Assembly: GCF_031769215.1 (NCBI RefSeq)
Contig: NW_026782216.1
Coordinates: forward strand, 62,001-126,000
Length of the DNA stretch: 64,000 nucleotides
From: Ylistrum balloti
Taxonomy: Eukaryota
Direction of reading: 5' to 3'
Every line of letters begins with the position of its first letter. Positions within the stretch are counted from its first letter, which is position 1. This document shows, piece by piece, positions 1 through 12,057 of this stretch. The notes under the pieces are model-generated. The model was given only the letters and a program-made list of their open reading frames with translations. It did no database searches and was not told the origin of the DNA. The translations under genes and the position numbers were made by a program.

Positions 1-1443
1 ATAACTATTTTTTCTTTCTTTTTTATTCAGCTAAGAAATAGCAAACAATATTATCATCTCAATTCCTCAGCATATTTAATAGAATAATCTTACACTGTAC
101 AACATATTTTCAAACACAGCATCTTTTTCATTTGTAAATCTAGTTCTTGAGACTTTGACCATCTAATTATATAAATTTTATACAACATATTAGACACTTT
201 CTGTTAGGTAATCTGGAGACTCCTGAGATATGTTCCCAAACTTTTGGACAAAAATAATTGAAAATCTTCTAAATTATTAATGCAGAATTTAATTATGTTA
301 ATGTCATTTGAAAGAGCAGATAGAAATACAGGAAACACATTTATTTTGGTGCAATCAGATTTAAGTGCAATATCAATTTTTAACAAATCATGGCAATGAG
401 GAATTCAACCATTTGCAATAATTGTTATATCAATAACATACAGTGACTGCAATTTACATACTCATAGCTAAAATAAGATTATAAGAAAAATATCCCTGTT
501 TACAGTATCTTGTTTAAGTTTGAAGCTTTTCAAAAACATGCCGAAAAATGCACTTATTGGAAAGCATTTTTCATGAGCAATCTCTTCAACCGTAAAGTGA
601 AAAGCTGATATGTATGTGATATTGTAATAAGCATATTGTGATGTATTTTACTATGTTATGTAAATATGGAATTTCCCTCTCCGACTCCTGAAACTATATT
701 CCGCCCAGCGGAGTAATAAAAGTTAGTTGTTGGTACCGCCATGATGTATGATGTGTGGTTAGTCAGCGCCGGTCCACTACTGTAATGTTTTGGGTCAAGA
801 CACGACACATATCAGTACAAACTCGAGGTAACTAGATAATAATCTCAAAAGTCACTGAATGAAAATAAAATCTCAACAATTTAATTCACATTTATTGAAA
901 CTTAAAAAAACCCAATGAAATTCAATTCAATATGGTTTTTAAAAAATTCTGCAAGGATCTGTACAGGATGTCTTTGTATTATACATATTTCAGAATAGGC
1001 TAAAAACTGTATTATGTTTTTAGTTTTGTTTTTTCTTTATGACAATTTTTTGCCAGTTTTACCTAAGCTTGAAATAAAAATGATATATCATTATCATCTT
1101 TATTCAAATCGAAGTTATCTATTTTTCAAAATGTTATTTTATCCTAGTCATTAATTGAAAACTGAGCAACTTGAAAATAAAAGCTGTTATAGTGCATGTA
1201 TAATTCTACATTTTGTAACTTAAACTTAGTTAGAGTATGTATTGTACATGTACAGCTTACAGAATTTACCATTAAAGTATCATCATTAGAGTAACTGTAC
1301 ATTTTCCAGCTCTCTCAATGATAAAATAGACCTGTATACCCTTACTGACATTTATCTCTGAATTCAACACAGCAACCATTTATCTCACAATTACAAGCAT
1401 TCTAAGAGTAGTATTGTTAATCTGGTTGGTGATCTATTACACA

Positions 1444-4400
1444 TTAGTTTTTCTTGAGGTAGAAAACCAGGTCTGAACTGTCATATCCTGTGACACAGAA
1501 GCCCATCCCTGCTTTATGTACAAACTGTCCACCACACAGCTGCATGTCTGTGACACTCTCACCAAAACAAAACTCAATCTGTAACAATGAAGATAAGGAT
1601 TTATGTACCATTTTCCAGTAAAGGTAGGAGACAATACCAAGGGATGTATACTTTCAATTAGTTGTGATATTACAATGGAAGTTGCTGTTTACTGTAGGTC
1701 TAATAGTTATTGTATATCACAAAGATTATCCTCATCAAACTCTTCACCTCGCTTTTTGATGACACATTTGAGCATGCTCTTATCATACAATTCTTTTAAG
1801 GCTAGCATGAGAATGAATGTTATGGCAATGACTTGACAATCAATGATTACATTTGAATTAGATTTAATTATCCAATAAAAAATGTGTTGCATAACTGTAA
1901 TTTTAGAATCAATATCATGATTTGAATTATATTCCAATTTATGATTATCTTTTACTACTTAACAAAGACCCGTGTACGAAAATGTCAACTTTATAAAGGT
2001 TTTAACAAACAAACCTGATTTACCAACAAATAGTTGTCTCTAAAGACCACTTTAGTATGCATACAACAAATACCTGTCTCTGAAGACCACCTTTGTATGT
2101 ATATTACAAATATTTGTCCCTAAGACCACCTTTGTATGTATATTACAAATATTTGTCTCTAAAGACCACCTTTGTATGTATATTACAAATATTTGTCTCT
2201 AAAGACCACCTTTGTATGTATATTACAAATATTTGTCTCTAAAGACCACCTTTGTATGTATATTACAAATATTTGTCTCTAAAGACCACCTTTGTATGTA
2301 TATTACAAATATTTGTCCCTAAGACCACCTTTGTATGTATATTACAAATATTTGTCTCTAAAGACCACCTTTGTATGTATATTACAAATATTTGTCTCTA
2401 AAGACCACCTTTGTATGTATATTACAAATATTTGTCCCTAAGACCACCTTTGTATGTATATTACAAATATTTGTCTCTAAAGACCACCTTTGTATGTATA
2501 TTACAAATATTTGTCTCTAAAGACCACCTTTGTATGTATATTACAAATATTTGTCTCTAAAGACCACCTTTGTATGTATATAACAAATAGCTGTCTCTGA
2601 AGATCACCTTTGTATGTATATAACAAATAGCTGTCTCTGAAGATCACCTTTGTATTTATATAACAAATAGCTGTCTCTGAAGACCACCTTTGTATGTATA
2701 TAACAAATAGCTGTCTCTGAAGATCACCTTTGTATGTATATAACAAATAGCTGTCTCTGAAGATCACCTTTGTATTTATATAACAAATAGCTGTCTCTGA
2801 AGACCACCTTTGTATGTATATAACAAATAGCTGTCTCTGAAGATCACCTTTGTATTTATATAACAAATAGCTGTCTCTGAAGATCACCTTTGTATTTATA
2901 TAACAAATAGCTGTCTCTGAAGACCACCTTTGTATGTATATAACAAATATCTGTCTATGAAGACCGAATTTGTATTTATATAACAAATAGCTGTCTATGA
3001 AGATCACCTTTGTATGTATATAACAAATATCTGTCTATGAAGACCGAATTTGTATTTATATAACAAATAGCTGTCTCACCTTTGAAGATCACCTTTGTAT
3101 TTATATAACAAATAGCTGTCTCTGAAGATCACCTTTGTATTTATATAACAAATATCTGTCTCTAAAGACCACCTTTGTATGTATATAACAAATAGCTGTC
3201 TCTGAAGATCACCTTTGTATTTATATAACAAATAGCTGTCTCTGAAGATCACCTTTGTATTTATATAACAAATAGCTGTCTCTGAAGACCACCTTTGTAT
3301 GTATATAACAAATATCTGTCTATGAAGACCGAATTTGTATTTATATAACAAATAGCTGTCTATGAAGATCACCTTTGTATGTATATAACAAATATCTGTC
3401 TATGAAGACCAAATTTGTATTTATATAACAAATAGCTGTCTATGAAGATCACCTTTGTATGTATATAACAAATATCTGTCTATGAAGACCGAATTTGTAT
3501 TTATATAACAAATAGCTGTCTATGAAGACCGACTTTGTATTTATATAACAAATATCTGTCTCTAAAGACCACCTTTGTATGTATGTAACATATATCTGTC
3601 TATGATGACCACATCTATATACATATTACAAATACCTGTCTATAACGGCCGTCCTTATAAGAAACACCAGTATAAATCCACTTATTATAAATGAAACAAA
3701 TACCGGTCTATAAAGGCCAAATCCATAACAAATACATGTCTATAAATTCCACCTATAAAAACACACAACAAATATCTGTCTATAAAGGTCACACTTAAAA
3801 GTTCTTAACAATCCAATGTTTTATAATCACTCTAAATCCTTAATAAGTGTAATCTTTTTAATCAAAGTTTTCCTAAACTAACAAAACACATTTTTGTATT
3901 CCTCAGACAATCAGCATAAATGATTTGTCAAGAAATTGTATTGGGCAATGATTCATAATCTTTATTATTCTATTAACATGTAAACTCTACCTCAGGTGTA
4001 TCCCCTGGCTTCAACTTCCAGATCCTTGCATTGGTATCATCACTCACAGACAGAAGCTGAAATGGTCAATCAAAAGTACTGGTAGTTTGTTAATATGTAA
4101 ATATAAAACAAGTTCCTAGGGTGGGGACTGACTTCAGAGTCAGTCCTAGTAGCACAGATACATACGTACATTGTACTCTCAGCATTGGTTTAGGAAGTGT
4201 TGAAATCAATTAGGTTAAGGATGCAGATGCTTCTGACCTAGTTAGGTATGTTCTGAAAAAATATTTATTTCTTTATTCATTTTTGAGGCATGTTCCCTTG
4301 AGTGACATGGGCAACAGAGGGGGAATCTCCCCATTTACATGTAAGTTATTATGTATACAACACAAATTGGTCTAATACTTGTCAGTGCTTTGCATACAAT

Positions 4401-7400
4401 TTGTTGTGGAGAAAGAAACTGGCTTTGACTTTACAACATCTTACCAGTCCACTGTCCTTGGCTATGTCCAGTGCGTTAACCCAACGTACATGGGCACTCA
4501 CTTCGGCTGCTAGTCTTCCTGTGTTAGCGCTGTATACCTTTAACTGACCATTGCTGAATCCTCCTACGATTATCTTCTTCCAAAGGCACACACAGCTGCA
4601 GGGATTACTGAAAACATCATAAACTTTTAACATAAATACTATGAATATTGCACATGTCCAAAATTGTTTTCTGAACATCAGTGAATCATACAAAGCTTAT
4701 CAATGAAAGCTTTCTCATTACTATTTTAACTTACAAGAAGTTGTGATTTTTAAGATGGTGATCATGGGTGATTAAATGTCTTATACAGGTCAAATTATGT
4801 TAAGATATAAGTATGGACCATGGCATACATTATCTATATGGGTTGAGTAGACATTTGTTAACAAATGGAGACCTTTTGGATTTCAACTAGCTGAGTTTAA
4901 CACTGGTTTTTGAAAATCTCATAAGGTATGCCACTGCTCTACCGTCCTGTAAAAATATTTTACCTTCCTGTTTCACTTGAAAACCTCCTGCTGTTGTAAA
5001 CTAGACATTTCCTGTATAAACATTTTACTTTCCTATTTCTCTCGAAAACCTCCTGCTGTTGTAAACTAGACACTTCCTGTATAAACATTTTACCTTCCTG
5101 TTTCCCTTGAAAACCTCCTGCTGTTGTGTACCAGGGATTTCCTGTTTAAACCTTTTACCTTCTCATTTCTGTTGATAACCTCCAATTGTTGTGTACTAGG
5201 GATTTCCTGTGTAAATGTTTCACCTACTCATTTCTGTTGATAACCTCCAACTGTTGTGTACTAGGGATTTCCCGTGTAAATGTTTCACCTACTCATATCT
5301 GTTGATAATGTCCAACTGTTGTGTACTAGGGATTTCCCATGTAAACATTTTACCCACTCATTTCTGTTGATAACCTCCAACTGTTGTGTACTAGGGATTT
5401 ACTGTGTAAACGTTTTACCCACTCATTTCTGTTGATAACCTCCAATTGTTGTGTACTGGGGATATCCTATGTAAACGTTTTACCTACTCATTTCTGTTGA
5501 TAACCTCCAACTGTTGTGTACTGGGGATTTCCTATGTAAACATTTTACCTACTCATTTCTGTTGATAACCTCCAACTGTTGTGTACTGGGGATTTCCTGT
5601 GTAAACATCTTACTTACCCTTTTCATTGATATCTTCCCGCTATTGTAAACAGGACACTTCCTGTGTAAACAATGCACCTACCCATTACCCTTGATCACTT
5701 CCCGCTGTCGTATACTTGTTTCATCCTGGAGTGACCACACAATGATGCTTCCTTGTTCGTCACTACTGACCATTGTGTTACCTTCTGAGGCAATGTCACA
5801 TATTGGTTGTTTGTGACCTGAAATGAGCAATAATATAGCTTTAATTTTCAACAAAACTCTGGTCACAGATAACTTAACATATCATTAAATACCTTTTATT
5901 ATAGAAAATTTGTTAATTTTGATTTTTCTTCATCATTTCATCATAATCATAGTCATCATAATCATTGTAATCATATACATTCTATACACATCATGATTCA
6001 NNNNNNNNNNNNNNNNNNNNNNNNNNNNNNNNNNNNNNNNNNNNNNNNNNNNNNNNNNNNNNNNNNNNNNNNNNNNNNNNNNNNNNNNNNNNNNNNNNNN
6101 NNNNNNNNNNNNNNNNNNNNNNNNNNNNNNNNNNNNNNNNNNNNNNNCAACACTGAAGGCAAAATTTACAATAGAAGCTGATATAAATAGTTCAAAGTAG
6201 ACTGATTTAAAACTGACCTTAGTAAGTATAATTCAGTGCCAGGTATTTTTGAAGTCCTGGTTTTCTTCAATAATTATTTTTCTACGTTAAAGTTTCACAC
6301 AATTTTCTGCATCAAATTAGGCAGAATTATGCTTAAATTATTTGCTGAAAGGGCAAAAATCTGCAGATGGAAAAGTTTTCACTGGTATTTAAAACATCAG
6401 TTTAACCATGGTATACATTATCAGTAACTCACCTGTCAAACTTTCCTTCGTGGTAATGTTGGTTCCTTTTGGTGGAATATCAAAAACTGCTATCTCACCC
6501 AACTGTGTTCCTGAGAGCATTAAAAAGAGCATTATATTGTACTACAGGAAAAGTTATTTCCCTTTCTCTTCTAAATATTAACAACAAGAAAGCCTAAGTG
6601 GCACTTACATGGTAAATAAATTTCAAAACTATTATGTGCATTATTATTCTTCTTTGAATGTAAGTCCATCCATATCAATGACTGTCTTCACAGAAATGTC
6701 CGTTAATAAACACTTCCCCTGAGTCAGGATGTTTACATTTACCCATAAACAGAACGTTACATTTTACATGTCCTATTGAACATGTACAATGCTTTTGTAT
6801 TACCCTCCCCTACAAGAATATGTCATATGATGTAAGATCCACTTATTATATATACATATCGTTTAGGTTTTCAGGCTTTACTTTCAATATAAGTCATTGA
6901 CTTACCGACACACAGGAAATTATCACCTATACATGCTATTCCTCTTCCAAAATTACCATACTCTGGAAAATAATATCATCATTGAATAAGAGCTCAAAAA
7001 ACAGTGACCCACTTAAGGTCTGGCATTTCAATCTTAAACATATTTTATTCAAGGTTATCATAGTTTACAAGTTATTTCTGAAATAAACATCATAATTGTC
7101 GTCTTTCTAAGGAAAATGTCCTCTTTCCATTTTAAGGGACGATCCTAGATACATTTCAATCAGATAATGAACCTAGAAATTTGAGTCTAATGTCATGGAC
7201 CTAAAATTTGAAGTCCTATGTCTTGGACCTAGAACTTTCGAGTCCTTTATAATCTCCCATGTCCTGAGTAATGGACTAAGACCTCCATCTCCCATGTTCC
7301 AGCTGATCAGTTAGGACTTTTAAGATCCCTAATTGATGGAATATGACCTTTCCCAAGTCCTAGCTGATGGACTAGGATCTTTATTGAGATATTGTACCTA

Positions 7401-10400
7401 CATCATTAAACCCTATGTGATGGAACAAGTTCAGATTGCAAGTTATTGAGATGAGCAAGGACCTACACATTCAAGTGCTATCTGAGAAACTATTCTGAAA
7501 ATTGGATTCCTCTTAGACAAGTATGAAGGTGAAAAGACAATGAAATAAAGTGGCCAATTTTTTTGAAATGACAAAAGGACCCATGTAAATGTAATCATTA
7601 CCATTTTATCAATGTACAGAATCAGCTGACAGGATCTGTAGTTGTACAAATAGGCTGTATTATTTTTTAACTTTGTTAAATTGTTAGGCAGTACATTTAC
7701 ACATATAATGTGATGGTTTTAGGGTTCCTATTTTTCGCCATTGCTGTGCATGAAATAAAATTGCAAAAAAAAAAAAAAAAAAATGAACCTACAGAAGAAT
7801 ATACTACTGCTAAAAAATCTTGTTATTTCATTACCTCTTGTACAATGTATACCTCAGTGAAAGTATGCTTCACACTGGTCATTTGCCTGATGAAGATGAC
7901 CAAAAGGTCACACCTACAAGAAAATCTGTTTAATATATATTACCAACCTGAAGAAGATGTTCCGAGATTAAGCTTACCTGATGCTTCAGAGCTGTGAACA
8001 TTGCCCAGGGCATGGAAATATATCATTGCTGCTCCATCATACTCATAGATCTACAACATCAATGTGTTCATGTGTAAGTTACTCTGAAGGAATACTGGTT
8101 TACAGTGTACTTATGCTAGTCTAGTATGTATAGGCTAAATGAGGTTAAAAATGTTATAAAATGACAACTTACCTGTATTCCCCGAAGTGTTGTTAGTACT
8201 AGCACTGTCCTGACTGGTAACTGTATCCATTTACACTGGAAAACATATCAAGATAAAATGTCATTATAATCAATGGTGAAACACTTAATTGTGATAGGTA
8301 TTGATTCTCAAACTATACATTTCAATTTTATTTTCAATACGTTTTTGCTACTATGATACAAAAAACCTGTTGATATGGTTGCTCTAAAGTAGATGCTTAA
8401 CAAAATGCCTCCTAATTTTCATAAATTTTCTATAAAGTAAGAGAGAATTTTCTTTTATTCACTTTAAAATGACCTTTTCTGTACATGTAATACTATTGTA
8501 TTGTCTTGTAGTTGTCTCATAGATTTTTTTTGAAGCCATTATTAAGTAACCTCATGTTACTGACAGCAAGTGTATAGTATTAAAGATAATTAAAACAAAG
8601 AAGGTGCACATGAGGCACCTTGTATTGGAGCTAAATTGTAACAGTGTAGCCCTGAAACTTACCACATTAATTATATATCATTATCAATGTACAATAACAC
8701 AAGAGAAGATCAAGGTCAAACTCATCACAAGATACATGTACCAATATGATATGAAACACAATAGTTCTTTGTTTTGGAAACTGGTCTATCACCCTGACAA
8801 CAGCAAAGGTCATAATAAAGTAAAGTCTCCTTGAAGTAACTGGTAGCTACCCCAGTGAACAACATACAGAAGGCCCATAATATCCTATCCTGAGCAATTT
8901 TAGTAAAGTGAGTGTACTGTATTGCCAAAGGACATAACAGAAAATGATAATATACAATATTACAATATTTTCTTAAATAATACATATCTGGATACATGAG
9001 CCACAACACCTATCATTAGCATAGTGACTAAGAACAGATTAAAAAAAAAAAGAAGAAAATACAATATACAGAAAAATCTTCTGTTCCCAGCTTTCATTTA
9101 TTCCATAGGTATATATCTTTATGCCAATGGCATGTAACAATAAAAAAACATGTTGGCTCTGACCCATTTTATGCATAAATTCTTTATTGTAACATGACCT
9201 TATGGGCCAATGCAATTAACTTCTGATGAGACTTGGTAACAATGGCTGCCCTACCAAATTGAAACTTTAGCTACTTGGGCCTTTGTTAAATTTAGAGAGA
9301 AAACTGCAATATTGTCATTTATATGGGATTTTTAGGCAGCAGAATTTTGTAAGTGCGTTTTCCATCATTCTGAGGTATTTCTACATTCTTAATGAAGCAT
9401 TTTATCAAGTGAATATATGCTAAAGACGATAAGCCAATGACTTGTTGACAGTAGATTTACAAGTATTGAAATGCCAAGTTTGAAATCCTGTACAGTATTG
9501 TAGGTTTGAATATCAATAAATTGCAGTTTAGCTACAGCACTATATTTTTTCATGTTGTGTCACACATAAACTCCCACAATTGCCATTGTCAGCTTCGTGT
9601 GACAAATCTCCATGTTTGTAAAAGCAGTATATCATAACTGGCCATGAACAGGCAACAGACACAAGGCTTTTTGTGTCTGTAATTATGATCAGTTTTAGCT
9701 GTCTATTAAGACAACCACATCTTAATCAGACATGAATAACTTACGGTATACAAGACTAAGTAGTATTTTACAAAAAAGGAGCCAGGTTTTCCTTTGCTCT
9801 TGTACTTTTACCTGGGAGGGGCTACAATAGACAAGTCATGAGACAATTGGACAGCAATGGACACTGCAACATTTGTTGGTCCCAGCTAGGCTATGGTGTG
9901 GTTTGACACTTCCAACATGTAGTGGGTTGTGTTATCAGACAACTGAGATACAGACCAGTCTGTGGTGATGTAGCTGTGTCCTTGTGCAAGACAATTAACC
10001 CTAAATGCTAAGGATGGCATGGGATGGGCTCTCATGCATTGTTTATTGAGGTAGTTGTAGCTACCAGCTAATGCAAGGAGACCACCACCTCAAAATCGCA
10101 CTGCTGACTGGTTAATGGGACGACAAACCCAGCAAGCAAACCTTAAGTTAACTTAAACCTACTGTCAAACTAAATCATATGTATCATCATTCAATGGACA
10201 GGTAATGTTTTCTACTGATAGACAATGTACAGGTATCAGGTACTGGAACACTGTCTATATATCAATAGGGCAAATGTAAACAACTGAGACATACCTGGTC
10301 ACCTCCATGGTGTGCACATTGAAAAAATGGATGGTGAATCTAGCAAGCTGTTAAAACGAATATTTTTTGTCATAAGACACCATTTCCAGTGAATTGGTTG

Positions 10401-11387
10401 AATTCTTCTTTGCAATTTTTGGTACTTGCATCCTTTAAGCATGTTCAGATGGTGAGACATGAAATCTCCTTAATTCATGATTAAAAATACTTCATATTTC
10501 ATTTGCTTCTACCATACAATTCACATTCATTGCGAGTTATATTATTTTTTGCACAGAAACATCATGATAAAAGTGCACCCTGCCTGAATCTGCATCAATG
10601 GGATGCTTACCTGCAGTCACCATAATGAGTGATTGACGCCATATTGGGTGGACTCTCTATAGAGGTTGTTACTTAAATAGTAAGTGTTCAAGTGAAAATA
10701 TGTAACGATGAAGTTTTTAAAAAATGCCTCATTTTAAGCAAATATGTGAAAATTATTTACTTAACTGATTTACTTGACTTGTCATCCACTTTTTTCATCA
10801 ACACAAAAGAAATGTGACTGGACCTCACCTGCATGTTTACATTTGTCCTATATACGTATATGTATAATCAGATTTGACCTTATAGCTAAATCTGCATTCA
10901 TAGCCACATTTGCTGTGGCTTATGGCTACAATTAAATCAAAGCTACGTGTAGATGTAAACTCGACCCATCAACTAAGTCTGTGTCCAGTCCTGTGTATTA
11001 CATGCTTATGTGTAGACTTCTGCATTCAAACATATGAGTTCTGTGGTCTTTGCAGGTAGACCTATATAAATCTGTTAATTAAAGCGAAAGAAATCTTTCC
11101 TCAAGATGACCACGATTCATAGAGTATAAATGTAAGCTGAAGTGGGCATATTTACATACTTGTAAAATCATTGGAGTAGTCTGGTGAGTCGCTGATGGTT
11201 CCTTACAAATCACCTGCTTGTTAGTCACTGTCGATCCGTCAGGCGTAGAGGAAATAATGTTTACCACAGCTTTATGTACGACCGCATAATTCAATGAGTC
11301 CTTCTCTGGAGTTATAAGTGCAGATAGGTTGTTAGCTAATGCCGAAGCACTGCTTTTAAGCGTAAGGGGTTTCTCTCGGCGATACAT
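1444..11387 (-). CDS. WDR54: WD repeat-containing protein 54, 9 coding exons, 332 aa
   Basis: Exons 11160-11387, 8173-8235, 7978-8050, 6906-6962, 6433-6510, 5682-5817, 4445-4607, 3991-4056, 1444-1578. All are GT-AG with matching phases and sum to 999 nt ending in TAA. Translation (MYRREKPLTLKSSASALANNLS...CKWIQLPVRTVLVLTTLRGIQ IYEYDG...FGRGIAC...VFDIPPKGTNI...GHKQPICDIA...SAHVRWVNALDIA...LLSVSDDTNARIWKL...QLCGGQF...VTGYDSSD) aligns by eye along its whole length with human WDR54 as I recall it. Confidence 0.93.
2020..3790. repeat. 40-bp satellite, about 40 copies, in the last WDR54 intron
   Basis: Unit AAAGACCACCTTTGTATGTATATTACAAATATTTGTCTCT, with blocks of variants (GAAGATCACC...ATAACAAATAGCTGTCTCT; ...CTATGAAGACCGAATTTG). 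Edges are degenerate. Confidence 0.95.
4960..5676. repeat. 65-bp minisatellite, about 11 copies, WDR54 intron 6
   Basis: Unit CCTACTCATTTCTGTTGATAACCTCCAACTGTTGTGTACTGGGGATTTCCTATGTAAACATTTTA (period 5466 to 5531). Ends a few bases from the exon 6 donor. Confidence 0.9.
6001..6147. other. Assembly gap (147 N)
   Basis: Run of N inside WDR54 intron 5. The flanking exons join in phase, so no coding exon is needed in the gap. Confidence 1.
9880..10145 (+). mobile_element. Degenerate CORE-type SINE
   Basis: CORE-like GTGTCCTTGTGCAAGACAATTAACCCT, decayed tRNA head (GGTTTGACAC), tail GGGACGACAAACCCAGCAAGCAAAC. Lies in WDR54 intron 1. Confidence 0.55.
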
Positions 11388-12057
11388 TTTAACTAAAAGT
11401 GAACCTCTAAACTTTCTCCTGTTGCTCGGTACGCTAAATTCTTGCACATGTGCATTAATGAATTTCCGTTCCATGATTTCCGGGTCGCTTTCAATTTAAC
11501 GGTTTATGCGAAAGAAGAAAGTCGAAATTACTGTTGTTAATGTTTACATTTTTGTTATGTAGGGTTGTCTGAAAGAGGTTACCAGGTACAATACTAAAGA
11601 CAAATTAACTACATAAATATTGTTACGAATAGCACATTTGTTATATCCGTTGTTAACCTAAACGAAATGGGCTCGATCTCATTTATTCATTGGGTTAGTT
11701 TAGAGACGTATATATATCGTGCTATATATGTCTCTGGTTTGTTGAATCATCTTTGAAATTAAGTCAGACCTATTGTTAATATATTATTTTTCTATAAGAA
11801 TTGGATTAATATATCTCGAAATCTTTATAAGTAAATGTAGGACTGCGAAACCTCTACCTGAAATGGGCCATTAATTTTTTAAAAACAAACCGGTTTGTCT
11901 GCACAAACAAAAGCGACCATTAAAAAAAGATCCGGACCGGAATTCGTCCTGTATTTACATGTTCATGAACCTTTGTAAACACTTCCGCGTTTTCGCCCAA
12001 CGAGGAAGTGGAATTTCGAGTGAAGACCACAGGACATTTGAGTAATGCTCTTCCGAT
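11388..12057. promoter_or_regulatory. Putative bidirectional promoter WDR54/DOK
   Basis: 670 bp between divergent ATGs, locally CpG-rich. ETS-like cores TTCCGG (11478-83), ACTTCCG (11981-87) and GGAAGT (12004-09). Confidence 0.7.

Noticed and set aside
2501-3372. 168-aa and 98-aa repetitive ORFs
   Set aside because: Translations of the 40-bp satellite (40-aa period = 3 units) inside a WDR54 intron.
5993-6181. ORF spanning the N run
   Set aside because: Artefact of the assembly gap.
11388-11474. Upstream in-frame ATG adding 29 aa to WDR54
   Set aside because: Similarity to WDR54 begins at MYRREK (11387). The extension lies in the promoter/5' UTR zone and has no support.
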